NCBI RefSeq assembly: GCF_009834535.1
Contig: NC_045698.1
Span: 6,760,001 to 6,824,000 of the forward strand
Direction of reading: 5' to 3'
Source: Camelus ferus
Lineage: Eukaryota
DNA length: 64,000 bases
Shown here one piece after another: positions 23,910-37,399 of this stretch. Numbering within the stretch: position 1 is the first letter of the stretch; every line of letters starts with the position of its first letter. The position numbers and the translations under genes are program-made. The notes below the pieces were generated by a model. It was given only the letters and a program-made list of their open reading frames with translations. It had not been told where the DNA came from and searched no databases.

Positions 23910-24045
23910 CTTGCTTTTTCTCTCCCTTCTTCCTTCCCCTTGTCTTCCCTACTTTTCCTTCTTCCTGTCTCCATCCTTCCTTCGCTCACTCCTCCCTCCC
24001 ACCTTCTTCCCCTCTCTCCCTTCCTCTCTTCCTCCTTTTCTCCAC
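23910..24045. repeat. CT-rich low-complexity repeat
   Basis: (ccttc/cctt)n-like polypyrimidine run. Confidence 0.85.
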
Positions 24046-24049
24046 ATGT

Positions 24050-26165
24050 CATGGAGGAGGTGATAATTGAAAAGAGAACTGAATGAGAAGGAATCAGCTA
24101 TGGATATCTAGGGGGTGACCATTCCAAGTGGAGAGGGCAGGAGATAGCAATGTCTCCCTTGAATAAAAAAGCTTGAAGTGTTCCAGGAAAACAAAGGCTT
24201 AAATATTGCGGTGCCTGGAGTGGCACGAGCTAAGGGAGAGCCCGAGAAGAGGAGAATGGATGGGCAGGCATGGCCAGGTCACAGAGGGCTTTGGGCCACA
24301 GTAAGGACGAGGTTACGTCCTCAGTGTGATGGGAAACCATTGCAAAGTTTGTGCGAGTGTTCGGGGGATGGGGCAGGAGAAGGATTTGTCCTAATTGGAT
24401 CTGTGTTCTAAAATATTTACGCTGACTGCTGTATAAAAAGAAAAGAAAAGAGGGAAAAAGAGAAAAGGAAAAGAAAAGAAGAAAAAAGATTTACTCTGAG
24501 GACAGACTTGGGGGTCAGGAAAGAGAGTGGGAGTGGAAGGGCCAATCCGAAGGCCGTGGCGGTGGAATAGGCAAGGGCTGCTGTTGCCTTAAAGCAGATT
24601 GGCAACAGAGGATGGAAAGAAACGTCCGGATTTGAAATCCCAACAGGGATTTCAGATGACTTTGATAGAGGAAGTGAGGGCAGTGAGGGCAAGAGAGAAA
24701 TTAAGAACGACTTTTGGGTTGTTGGCCTGCCCCTCTTGGGAGCAATAGTGTCATTTTTTAAGAAGAGAACATTGGAGGGAAGTTAATATCAAGAGTTCTA
24801 TTTTAGGTAATAGAAATAAAAGCAAAAATCTACAAATGGGACCTAATTAAACTTAACAAGTTTTTGCACAGCAAAGGAAACTATAAACAAAACAAAAAGA
24901 CAACCTATGGACTTGGAGAAAAATCTTTGCAAATGATGTAACAGGCGAAGGCTTAACTTCCAGAATATACAAATAGATCATACAACTCGATAACAAAAAA
25001 CCAAACAACCCAATCAAAAATGGTCAGAAGACCTAAAGAGACATTTCCCCGATGAAGGCGTACGGATGGCCAACAGGCAAGTGAAAAGATGCTCAACATC
25101 ACTAATTATCAGAGAAATACAAATCAAAACTATAATGAGATATCACTTCACACTGGTCAGAATGGCCACCATTAAAAAGTCCACAAATGATAAATGCTGG
25201 AAAGGGTGTGGAGAAAAGGGAATCCTCCTATACTGCTGGTGGGAATGTAATTTGATGTGGCCACTATAGAAAACAGTATGGAAAGTCCTTAAAAAACTAA
25301 AAATAGAGTAATCATAGGATCCAGCAATCCCACTCCTGGGATATATCCACAGGGAACTCTAATTCAAAAAGATACATGCACCCCAGTGTTCATAGCAGCA
25401 CTATTTACAATAATCAAGACATGGAAGCAACAGAAATGTCCATCAACAGATGATTGAATAAAGAAGCTGAGGTATATTTCCACACTGGAATACTCCTCAG
25501 TCATAAAAAAGAATAACACCATTTGCAGCAACACAGATGGACCTAGATATCATCATACTAAGTGAAGTAAGCCAGACACAGAAAGACAAACACCATATGA
25601 TATCACCTATATGTGGAATCTAAAAATATGAAACAAATGAACTTATTTACAAAACAGAAGCAGACGCACAGACATAGAAAACAAACTTATAGTTACCAAA
25701 GGGGAAAGTGGAGGGAGGGATAAATTAGGAGTTTGGGATTAGCATATACAAACAATATATATACAATAGATAAACAACAATGTCCTACTGTACAGCACAG
25801 GAAACTATATTTAATAGCTTGTAATAACCTATAATGGAAAAGAATATGAAAAAGAATACACATATATTTGTGTGTATAACTGAATCACTATGCCGTACAC
25901 TGGAAATTAACACAACATTGTAAATCAACTATACTTCAATTTTTAAAAAAAAAAAAGTTTTATTGTAGACATTTTCTGTCTGAGGTGCCTACTCCAGGAA
26001 GAAATGCTTTTAAGCAGTGGTGGTGATAAATTTGGAGTTTTGGGGAGCCACAAGGGCTAGAAATATGCACTTGGTATTTAATCGTATAGAGATGATATTT
26101 AAAGGCACGAAGATGGACAAGATTATGTAGGGAAGAGATTGCCAACTGGAGTGTCCGAGCACTGC
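24050..26165 (-). mobile_element. L2, interrupted by a young L1
   Basis: Antisense L2 motifs on both sides of the L1 (gagaactgaatgagaaggaatcagc; gggctagaaatatgcacttgg...gtatagagatgatatttaaag). Confidence 0.7.
24807..25954 (+). mobile_element. Young 5'-truncated L1 (ORF2 C-terminus, 3'UTR, poly(A))
   Basis: [49 protein letters not shown] (ORF2 C-terminus); A-tail at ~25945-25956; TSD aagagttctattttag / aaaagttttattgtag. Confidence 0.92.
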
Positions 26166-26569
26166 AAGAAATTATTTTGTGCATTCACGTCACTCCAGCC
26201 GTCCTGTCCTCTCTCTGTGGAAGGAGGCATGCTGACGGCAGAGTGTGGGAGTTAACACTTGCATCCCTGAAGGCAACCCCACTAGTCATGGCAGCCTGAT
26301 CTCTTTATACATGGCTGAGTCTATTTGCTGTTTAATTTAGAATATCAACCCTTTATCACAAGGAAGATTGGTCTGGAGATTTTCCTGGTGCTAGATTTGA
26401 TAAATTTGATTATCCATGCTATGCTGGATTTATAAAAACATTGTTAAGCTTCCCTTATTTTCTATGCACCAGAACAGTTTGAATTCCACGGCAATTATCT
26501 GTCTCTTCGGGAATGGAAAGAATTCACAGGAAAGAATCTGAAGCCAGAGGCTTTGGGGAAAGGCCAGAA

Positions 26570-26770
26570 TACTTACCATTTATTTAGCACTTAAAATGCT
26601 AAGCAATTGACAGACCTAGTATCGACTGGCCATCTTGACAACTCTATGAAATCAACATTACCTCCACTTTAGAGATGATGAAATTGAGGTTCACAGAGGA
26701 TTGGAGATTACCCTCAGTCATGCAGTTAAAAAGTAGCATTTTCAAGATGTGGACCAAAATCTGATGTTAA
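26570..26770 (-). mobile_element. MIR
   Basis: cttgacaactctatgaaatc...tccactttagagatgatgaaattgaggttcacagagg. Confidence 0.7.
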
Positions 26771-26780
26771 ATACTATAGG

Positions 26781-27531
26781 TGTCCTTAAACATTCAGCAC
26801 CACTGGATGGTTCCTTCCCCATCATGCAGTCATTCTGACAGCTCAGAGTGTTATTGTGCCATAGGAAGAGTTTACAAAGCATCAGGGTACCATATGGACA
26901 TCAGAAATTTTATTCAGTCCTCTCTGCAGAGAATATTCCTGGCCTTTATAGTGATTGGCTATGCTTTGTCCAGAGGATGCATGGTCCAAAAGACTTCAGT
27001 AGGCATTGGCATATATGTTGGTTGCAACCATTGGATTGGACACGTGGATGGACCTGCTGCATATGTGGTCTTGAAACCCAGACCACCATTTCTTCCCTGG
27101 TCCAATCTTGACTGGTTCCCTTTTAACCTACCAACCAAGTCCCTTTTTCCTGCCCCTCAAACAATGGATTACTACCTAGGAATTACAATGAAATGGTAGA
27201 ACTGGGCATTTTGGGCTTTCATTCATAGAGACTTGTTCCTCCTTCTCCCCCTTGAGATAGACTTCTCCAGACATAATTTTTGTCAACTTCTGGAAGAGTC
27301 AGATTGTTGCTTCTTTCTTCGTTTCCCCCGCAGTTGGGAGCAGGCTTTGTGATTTCCCCACTTCCTGTGGTTTGGGGACACTGGCCCCATCCCTTGCATC
27401 CAAGGATAGACATGTATGTGGGGGTATATATGGTGATGCTCTGTAAAGGTCTGCTGAGTGAACAGCAATGAGAAACTGAACAAAGCTTCCCAGTTTCAGG
27501 GAGGTGTTGCTAGTCGAACTTCAGTATTACA
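26781..27531 (-). mobile_element. Ancient LTR (family uncertain)
   Basis: On the minus strand: TGTAATA start, CCAAT then TATAAA then AATAAA, ends GGACA. No TSD seen. Confidence 0.45.
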
Positions 27532-30500
27532 TAATCTTTGCAATGTTTTTCCTATGGCAGAGAATATTATTCCGTCTACCCACAATTATCTAACATCCTA
27601 TTCATGTGAACATCTGTGGGACAAATGGGTGGGATGAAGGGTAAAATCTGTGACTAGGAAATAGAGTGAATCTCCCTGATTCAGAGGGAGTGAAGCAACC
27701 ATGAACTTGACTTTCTGAATTCAATATAGTAAACTTAATACAGAACCACATTACATCAGATCTGCAAAGGTTATTAATGCTTATTTGTGCCAACTCCTTA
27801 TTGTATGAAGAAAGAGAAAGCAGAATCCCAGAAAAGATGCATAGTTCCCTGTGACTTGTTCCAGGGAACAGTCAGATGTTGTGTTCTAGAAGAGTGGATA
27901 CCGGGGGTTTACTCAACTTTGTTATGACTAGTGCAGCCTTCACGGGAGCAGGATGGAATAATGGTGGGACACTAGTGGACAGGACATGATGGCTATGGTC
28001 CTCCCAAGGTGTAACCAATGGCCATGTTTTGTGGGAGAGGTGTGTGAACCTCAAATATAGGTACCTGTATCCCACCAATGTTGATTGCAAAGTATAGACA
28101 CAGGAATTTGCAGTCCTTTCTCAAAATGTGAAGGAAAAAAAAATTCAACAGTGGTACCCAAGGCTCTTCAGGCATTCATAAGGTAAAATTGGTCCAACAT
28201 AATTTAAATTACAAAGGTAATATGTTAGAAATGGAAACCCAAAGGCAACCTTTTATTATAATTTTCTGTAGTCAGTAATACTTTTCCTTGTACACTTAAG
28301 GCTCCCTACACAGGTCATAAATGATGACAGAGAAATTTCATTTGATGAAATAGTATGCTTCCTTAATTATTCACCCACCTGAATGTTGTCTTGTTAGAGT
28401 TAAGTCAATAATACCAGTTTTTAAAATCTATTCTTCCTTCCCGGCATGAAACATTTTAGATAATCATAAATTGTACTGGAGCAGAGGAGGTTTGGATAAT
28501 GTTAACCATTAAACAATCAGGAGGAGGGCTTCTGCTAGGTTTAGCTGACTTTTTTCTGGTTATGACTTAACACGGTGATTTACAAGACTTACTTCCTCCT
28601 AAGAATTCACACAATCATGAAATACGCAATTTTGGCTATAAAAACAGGATGAGATCAGATATACTCCAAAAGTAATTGTTGTCAGATACATTCAGAATGC
28701 ATCACGCTTTGATATAACACAGAGAAGGAGAAAGTAATATGACCGTGGGTACACAGTGGTACGGAGGAGGGGTGGAGGGGAGACAAGCACCACACTGAGA
28801 GGAAAACATGACCTTAATTATATGGACAGATCATTTATGCACCTCAAATCGCTCTTGTTGACCCAGATTGCTGGGAACAGACATTTAGACCTCATTGCAG
28901 TTTCTAACCACTTTTAAAACTGATCTATGAGACCTATTTTCCTACCTTTCTTTTCCTCCAAATAATCTATCGGATCTACAAGAGGTGATCTGCCTTGATC
29001 TTGCATCATTTCAGGTGGGTTGACATGAGACAGGAAGAGGCCATAGCCACGCCCTTTGTAAGGATAGATGAAGTTTCCATGCACTGAGCCTTGGGGTACA
29101 TGGGACGGCTACCCCAAGCAGTAGCAGAGGCCACCTACCTCAGTTAGGTCTCCATTGGCCCCACATTCGCTATGACTAGGGAAACAGAAGTGAGGCATGG
29201 CCCACTCTTTGCAAGGCAGGGCCCTGCCAAAATGAAGGCCTCAATTTTTTTTTTTTTGACCCCTCTGCCCGTTTTTTGGACTTGTATCATCATGTAGGAA
29301 GACTCTATACTAACGATCTATGCCCAGGGACATCTCACAAACACTGGGATCTAAGCCCAGTTCAGCCCCAGCAGGGCCATCCACTCGGTAGATGGTGGGG
29401 GCAGCATCAGCACCAGGGCATCCATGAAGGACCTCCTCTCCAGCTTTCCTCCCCTGGTGAGCCCCTTCTCCATCAGCTCACTCTTGACCCTGATTTAGAG
29501 ACTCTCATCTTGTGGTTCTGATAGTGAGTTTGCTGTGAGGTCCACAAAGCCCAGTTGTTGAAAGAGAGCTAGAAACACCTGCTTAATCCTGAGAGGTCAT
29601 CATCAAAAGTGGGCCTGACCAAAGCAGTGTAGGAAGGATTTTACAGCTGAAAGCTGTCTTCAAGATCTACTCCTTCATTTAGCAAAGGTACCAAGCACCT
29701 TGGCACACCCAGATCTTTGGCATTATACTTGTTTCTTTGTCCGTTGAGTAAACACCTCCCGGGGACCTTCTGTGCTATGCGTTTATTCATGTGAATCACT
29801 ACCGATGCCTGGAAGCAGTAGAATGATTAAATTAATATACTGATTCAAAAATCTGCTCACAATTGCATTTGAAATAAGTTACTTGCCACTACAGTTTTTT
29901 GGAGGCCATGATGTGGCAAATGCTACACCGAGAAATGTAAAAGTTAATGAGAGTTGGGAGTATTTGCAAACTATTTATGCAGAAGCTTGCTGATTCCAAT
30001 GTTAGGACCTCAGTTTAGAGTCTCAGGGATCTAGCGTCGTCTCATCTTTCCAAAATATTCCTGGGTGATACCTCTCTGGAGTAGAACTTTATCCGCTTCT
30101 GTTTTCCCAATTTCCTAAAATTTAATCAAAAGTCAATAGTGGTAACATGTCCTAGGGCAAGTTCTAGCTCAGATGTGGATTTTTAGCGAAACACGAATGT
30201 GCACATGCGTGTTCCAGCAGGTTACCCTGCGCTATGCAAAAAGGGATTGTGAGTGGAGCCACATTTACATTTGTTTTGCATTTGTGATTTAAGAGGTCAA
30301 AATATGCAAACTGCATCCACTCCTGTCAATACCTTCAAGCAAAAGAAAATTTTATTAAAGTGAAGTTAGATTCATGACCAAAAGAAGAGCTAATATCTCT
30401 CATTTTGGGGAAAAGGCTATATATATATATTTTTTTTTATTTTTTTTAAATAACAGATTTGAAAAAAATCTAAAACCAAGAATACTTAACAAATGTGCCT

Positions 30501-31209
30501 GTCTGTCTTAAACCAGGGATAATGGCCTGCACAGAAATATGCAATTAAAAAGAAAACTTAATTATAAGCAGTTTACAGCCCAAATGGAGACAGTTATTCA
30601 GTCTGCAATTGGTGCTGAAAATATTCAGATGAAAAGTAAAATTAGTAATGGAGGAATAAAAGACATTTGGTGATTTTCAAGAAGGCATTTTAGAGACAAC
30701 CAATTCTTGCCAAAGATCTGTAAATAAACAGTACAGGCACAGGAAAATTTGTATTTTCTAAGTAAGATGATAGAAAAAAAAAGTGCCCTAACATAGCTTA
30801 AGAATTATAATCTTATTACGCACATGCTGGACTCATTTATGGCTGCTTCACTACAGGAAACTTTTTTCCAGATTAAAGAAATTGGATTCAAAACAAACAA
30901 ACATGCACCAGTGTTTGTCCCTGAAAACACTAATAAACGGGGGCGGGGGGGAGGAAGACGAATAAAAATAAAAATTGCACAAGCGAGGTGCATCTCCCAT
31001 GCACTGCTGGCCGTGTAGAGTGGATGGATTTACAATAGCATTTCCACAGTGTTGCCTGGTTTCTGCATGAAGGTCCGGGTCCATTACATTGGGGATAATG
31101 TGACTTTGTGCCTCTGGTTTTGCATTGATTGTTGTCATGTATGGTGCACCAAATGCCAGGGTGGACCCTGTGGGGTGCAGGTGCCGCCATCTGAGCAGCC
31201 TGAAGTTTA

Positions 31210-31535
31210 ACATGCTTGGAACATTCTTCCATAGCCACACGATTCAGGCCCTGTCCTAACTGAGCTCAAATGTCACCTCATCAGCAAGGTCTCATCTGAT
31301 TTCCCAGCCCCAGCTCATCATCACTCCTCATCCTCATCCCTGTCCCCGGCTTCAGTCTCCTTTTCTTTCCTAACACTTAGCACTACTGAACACATTCATG
31401 TTCATTATCTGTTCCTCTTCCTAGAACCTAAAATTCCCCCAAACAAAGACAATTTTTGTTCACTGATGTATCCCCAGTAACTAGATGGTCCTTGATACAT
31501 AGTAGGTGCACAAAACTCTTTGATAAATGAACACA
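31210..31535 (+). mobile_element. L2 3' end
   Basis: gctcaaatgtcacctc...tgttcactgatgtatccccagtaactag...catagtaggtgcaca...aaatgaa. Confidence 0.8.
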
Positions 31536-32517
31536 TAACTAAATCTTTAAAATAAAAATACATCTGCTCTGCTCTTCAATGACATTGTGGAAAGGACCAC
31601 TAGAGAACGCAGCCTGCAGACCGGCTGGGAAGTAATTCTTACAATGGCTACTGTTTTGAACACTCAGGAAATATTAAGACCTCTTCTATGAGCTTCTGAT
31701 GGACTCAGAGTATACAAGGTATCAAAAGGCTACGTTGTGATGTGGAGAAATCCCACACAGCAAAACTGAACATACGCCGTCACCAGACCCCATCAGACTG
31801 ATGCTCTTAGGATGATCAACTTGGCAGCCTGGATGAAGGACAGTGTTTCCAGCCTCATATATACATCATTGAATTGATCCTCAGTGTAGCTACTAAGTTT
31901 AATTAACGTAAATCTGTGCTGAGACTTCTGTTTTACATAATGGGATCAATAATTATTCAGACAGATAGAGGTATCTGGAGAAGGTCTTGGGCTGGAGAAG
32001 CAGAACCAAACCAGAAATAAGTAATGAAACTTTCCTGCAGAAAAAAATGTGAAATAAAGCAACAGCATGTTACTTAAAATCACCCAATAGGCTAAATTCT
32101 GATCTGACCAGATAAATTGGGAAGTGATTCATATTTGTGAAGATTTTACATGTTAATGTAGGCATACTGAATGGAGAAATCTGTAACAACTTTTAAAGGT
32201 CTCATTTTGTTAAATATGATAACCCAAACCCAAAGTTTTATGAATACACATATAATAAAAATAAAGGTGAATTCATAGCTCATTCCATTTGAGTGAGTGC
32301 AGCTCAGCTCTATGTAGATATAGGTCTTTCTTAAGCAGCCCTGGTGAGGGTTTGGAACTAAAGAACACTCCAGAGGCCAGGAGCCAACATGGGATCTACA
32401 GAAGCTGTGGCTGGGGCTCAGCAGCCCCCCAGGCCCTCCATCCACTCCCTCTCCACTTCAGCGCCAGGGCTAGTCTAGGGTGACGTTTTGTGCTGGTCTC
32501 AGCTTGTCAGTAACCAG

Positions 32518-32990
32518 TGTTGTGGTTGGATCAGCCCTTGTGGTTCTTTTGATTGCAAGACACCCTTCAGCAATAACCACCAGGAAACTTTGAAAAAATA
32601 GAGATTTTATTACTTAAAAGACCCGGAAATTATACAACACACCTGGGGCCACAGAGTGAGGTCAAAAGGAGAGAGAAAGAGAGAACACAGGAGCCTGAGG
32701 TTCTGCTTTTACTGGGGTCAAGGATGGTGGTCTGGGGCTTCAGAGGCTCACTCTTCGTGGGTGAATTTAAAATATCAGAGGGAGTTTAAAGCACAGGAAG
32801 GGGGAAAAAAAGTAGCCCAAATATGGTTAGCTATCTAAATCAACCAGGACCTCTAAAACAAAGGAGCCTCGAGGGAGGAGGTGGCTGGCTCTTTATCTAG
32901 TTTTGTGGCTGGCAATTGTATTCATTCAAATCAACCATCTTTGAAGGGGATGCCTCAGTATCAAAGCTCAAATCAGGCACTCGCGTTACA
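32518..32990 (-). mobile_element. ERVL LTR (MER74-like)
   Basis: Minus strand begins TGTAACGCGAGTGCCTGATTTGAGCTTTGATACTGAGGCATC, contains AATAAA and ends ...ACAACA. Confidence 0.6.
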
Positions 32991-33444
32991 CAAAGGGGAG
33001 ATGAACGACTGTCAGAGCTCTGCGTTGCAGGTGGGCAAGCTGTCTAGAGCCTGGCAGCGGGCCTCTAGCTGCTGGGTTTCCATGTTCCCAGCTGCACCAC
33101 TGGAGCTGATCAAGCTTCTGGACTCTCCCATCGATGCGCTGACTCTGATCTTAGTGATGACTGCACCACTGAGAGACACTTCGCCTGAAGGTCGGGAGGA
33201 CGTTTAGAGGTCGGTTGCTTTAGTATTTGGTCTTCATACCAAATGTGGCTAAATTGGAATAGTTATATGTAGAGTCACATGACTACATATTATCACGCTA
33301 AGGAAATGGAGTGGGACTGATCATGGAGACCTAATATCTCTCTGCTCCCCATTGGAATAGCTTTCCGACAGGAGTCTGACTGCTAGGAATACTACTGATG
33401 TTCTTATCATTTTGTTATGCCCTTTGAGTGGCTTGCACAGTGTC

Positions 33445-33882
33445 TGTCACAGAGACCTGCAGTTCTCACAAGTATCTGAGACCCCTTCTTTCTTTGGACA
33501 CTCAGCCGGACTACATTTCCCAGTGTCCCTTGCATGAGGTAGCTCCCTATGATGAGGGAGTTCAGGCAAGTGGAATATCACCAGGACTGGCTTGTGCCCC
33601 TTTGAACGCTGGCCTATAAAAACTGCCCAAGCACTATCCTCATCCTCTTCGTCTCCTGCCTGAATAGAGAGCACTCGAAAAAGCCAGAGGAAGCTGGGGC
33701 CACATGATGGAAGGATACATATGGTTCCCTGAATGACTGCATGGAGCAGTTACCCCACTGCCACTTGCCCCCTTCCAACACACAGTGGGTGGAAATATGA
33801 GAGAGAAACAAACTTTTATCACATGGAGCCATCCAAATTTGGGGATTGTTTGTTTCACAGTTAATATACAATGAATAATACA
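33445..33882 (+). mobile_element. MLT1 (J-like) LTR
   Basis: gactacatttcccag, ggttccctgaatgactgcatggagcag, gagagaaacaaactttt, ggggattgtttgtt...taataca. Confidence 0.8.
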
Positions 33883-33942
33883 ATGACCCTGAAAGTTTTT
33901 TAGAAGCTGGAATTCCTAGGATTTTTTTGTTTCATTGACTTT

Positions 33943-34191
33943 TAAAATATATATACAGATATATTTATTAAAGTTTAGTTGACTTACAATGTTGTGTTAT
34001 TTTCTGATGTACAACATGGGAATACAGTTTGGTGTAGCCACTATGGAAAACAGTATGGAGAACTTAAAAAAACAAACAAACTAAAAATAGAGTTACCATA
34101 GGATCTAGCAATCCCACTCCTGGGAACATATCTGGGCCTATATCTAATTCAAACAGATACATGCACCCCAATGTTCACAGCAGCACTATTT
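33943..34191 (-). mobile_element. Young 5'-inverted (twin-primed) L1 insertion
   Basis: Antisense 3' end at 33943-34017 joined to a sense internal piece at 34017-34191; TSD core attgacttt at 33934-33942 and 34192-34200. Confidence 0.8.
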
Positions 34192-34200
34192 ATTGACTTT

Positions 34201-34850
34201 CTAAAAATTTATGTAAATTGTGCTAAAATATATGTCACATAGAAGTTACCATTTTTAAGTGTACAGTTCAATGGCATTAAGTACATTCATATTTTTGTGC
34301 AACTATCACCACCATCTATCTCCAGAACTTTTTTCTTCTTGCAAAACCGAAACCCTGCACCCATTAAACAACTCCCCATCCCCTCCCTCAGCCCCTGGCA
34401 AACATCATCTGCTTTCTGTCTCTGTGGATTTGGCTAAGTTCCTCATGTGAGTGGAATCAACGTAGTGTTTGTCCTTTTGTGACTGGCTTATTTCACGTAG
34501 CATAATGTCTTCTTCTAGGCTCCTCCACATTGTAACACATGTCAGAATTTTCTTCCTTTTTAAGCCTGAATGATACTCTGTTGTGTGTATAGACTACATT
34601 TTGTTTATCTGTTCCTCTGTTGCTTCCAAATTAAGCCACTGTGAATAATGCTGCTGTAAACAGATATCTGTTCTTGTCCCTGCTTTCAGTTCTTTGGGGT
34701 GTACACCCAGAAGTGGAGCTGCTGGATCATATTGTACTTCTCCATTTAGTTTTTTCAAGAACAGCCAGACTGTTTTTCATGGCAGTGCACCATTTTACAT
34801 TCCCACCAACATGGCACAAGGGTTCAATTTCTCCACATCTTCACTAAGCC
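34201..34850 (-). mobile_element. L1MB-type 3' end
   Basis: tttttaagtgtacagttcaatggcattaagtacattc, gtgaataatgctgctg, cacccagaagtggagctgctggatc. Confidence 0.85.
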
Positions 34851-35559
34851 TCATTATATTCAATTTGGATTTCCTGGATCTTAACCTCCAGCACATGTGA
34901 AGGAAAGAAACCACATGTTATTGCATCAATGACTGTCTTAAATTTTAATCAATAGCTCTGAAAATTAGCCCCCAAATAAGAACTATTCCAAAATATTCAA
35001 AGTCTACTCTTCTTTCCTTGATGTGGGCCACAACCACTCTTGCTTTCCAAACCAAGCTCCATGGTCATATGGTGACTTCTGAGCATGGAGGTGAGGTTGC
35101 AGTTAGCTTTGGGGTTAGTAAATGATCTCTGGGTAACAACTTGCCCCATCAGTGGGCGACGTCTGGCGAGACCTGGGTCTGAGAGCACAGAAGGGCAGTC
35201 TTGGTGGTGTGCCTTGAAAGCATCGTAACCGTATCTGCAGCGGATTAACAAGAAATGCAAATTCCCCTACAAAAATATATTCCAGGAAGCCAAGAACTTT
35301 AAAAATTAATTTCCAGAGGAATTTCCATGATGCCTGAAGTTCTGACTAAAAGGACTCCTGAATTTCAACTCATTATGGAATTTAAAACAAAAACAAAAAC
35401 AAAAATTCTACCTGCATTTGCTGCGTAGAAATAACACCTAATGCTTTAAAAAGAACCACACACATTATAAGTTATTATTCTCTTGGATAAAATTTACAGA
35501 AGGCTAGAACAATCTATTAATTTTATTCTCTGTCCCTCTATCATTGCTTAACTTACAAA

Positions 35560-37045
35560 TATCAAACTTTTAGGAAAATAATCCTAAACTCCAAGGAAGA
35601 TTAAATGCATGAAAATAGCCAGAGACCTTTTGGAACAACAACAACAACAACAACAAAGAGTAAAGAGGAGAGACTTCGCTCTCAGATACTGAAACTTATT
35701 ATGAAGCAACAGTGACCACAATGGAGTAACACTGCCCTCAGAAAACCAGGGAATAAATGGATAGTCCAGAAAAGAAAAATGTATATAAAATCATTTTGGT
35801 ACTTAAAGCAATGGAGAGATTACGGACTATTCGATGAATGTTATTGAGATAAGTGGCTAATCGATTCCCCAGGGAGAGAGAAAGCTAGATTCCCAATGTC
35901 TTGGAATTTATGTAGAAATTAATCAAAGATGAAACAAGTGGTGAAAATGTGGAACAACATATCTTGCTGGTGGGAGTGAGAATGATACGGCTACTCTGGA
36001 AGCTAGTGTATACACTCATTACAAAGTTAGTAGACATACACATAGTCTATGATCTAGCAATTTCATTCCTATCGCTTTATTTGCTCAAGAGAAATAAAGC
36101 ATATGTCCACGAAAAGACTCGTAAAAAGAATGTTCATAGCAGCTTTTCCATAATAGCCAAAAATATAAAAGAAACCAAATGTCACCCAAGAGACACTAGG
36201 ATGAATCGATAACGACATTGAAATATAGTCACGCAATGGATTACTGTTCAGAATTAAAAGGAGCAAACTATTGTCCCATGCAACCACATGGACAAATATC
36301 AAAAACATTATGTTTAGTGGAAAGGGTATATATACTGTGTGATTGCATTTATAGATGTTCTAGAATAAGCAAAATGAGCCTCTGATGCTGGAAACCAGAG
36401 CAATGGCGGTCTGCGGTCAGGGCGTGGGGTCCAGAGAGAACTGATTAGAACAGACCATGAGGGCACTTTCTGGGATGAGAGAAATATTCCACATCTCCAA
36501 GATTCAGAGATTTGTCAAAACTCATCAAACTACAAACCTTATCCTATGACGATTATAGCTTCATTAAAGTAGTAAGTAAAGAAGAGCTTAGTATTTAAAG
36601 AAAAGGCTGACAAATACAACTGCTTAATTTAAATTTCTCTGGGATCAAAGAAACCACCGTAAACAATATTAAAAGATGAGTAGCAACCAGAAAACATTAT
36701 GTGTAAGAGACTGATCCATACTTTATTCTATGAAGAAATCTCAAACCTAAAAAGACAAAAAACAGAACAAAACAGACCCACTGAATCAGCAAAGATTATA
36801 AAGTAGGCAATTTATTAGAGTATATAGACCCTAAACACCATTTTAAATGTGTGATTGATCAAAAGTTAATATACCTCTAAAAGTGTTCTTAGAAATAGAA
36901 AAGCAAAATACACTAAACACTTGTATGGATAAATAAGCAAAAGATACGAATAAACAGCTCCCACACACCAAAATATAACTAACAAGTGTTTAAAATTTTT
37001 AACTTGTCTGGAAATCAAGAAAATCCAAATTAAAACCAGTCCATG
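35560..37045 (+). mobile_element. Old L1 ORF2/3' fragments
   Basis: atgaaaatagccagagacc, gatctagcaatttcattcct, gaatgttcatagcagc, atcaagaaaatccaaattaaaacca. Confidence 0.7.
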
Positions 37046-37149
37046 CCTTGTCCTGACCTTGCCCTGCCTCCTCCTGCCACTGGGGTTTCCATTCCTTCTC
37101 CAGGGCCACCATTTCCCAACTTGATGTCTGCGTAACTCCAATTAATGCT

Positions 37150-37310
37150 CCAGATCCCGATCCGGACGCCACTTCTTTGACAGCCTCTCCTGACTCCCGG
37201 GGCGAACTGGGAAGCCCTGCCTTGCGGCGCTGTGCCGCGCATGCGCCCTCACAGAGCGTTCCTCCTGCGCTTAACGTCATTTCCTCGAACAATCGCCACA
37301 CTAGTAAGTT
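37150..37310. promoter_or_regulatory. CpG patch with a perfect NRF1 motif inside an L2 remnant
   Basis: GCGCATGCGC at 37237-37246, a CRE-like aacgtca nearby, and many CpGs against a CpG-depleted background. Confidence 0.45.
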
Positions 37311-37399
37311 CTGTAAGGACGATGGTGCAGATTGAGTGCCCGGAGCATATAGGTTCTTAATAAATATTTCTTGACTGTTTCATTGAGTGAGAGTGCATT

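Noticed and set aside
25066..25269. 67-aa ORF
   Set aside because: L1 ORF2 C-terminal remnant.
26780..27199. 139-aa ORF and an NRSE-like ttcagcaccac
   Set aside because: Lies antisense within a probable LTR; the right half of the REST motif (GGACAG) is absent.
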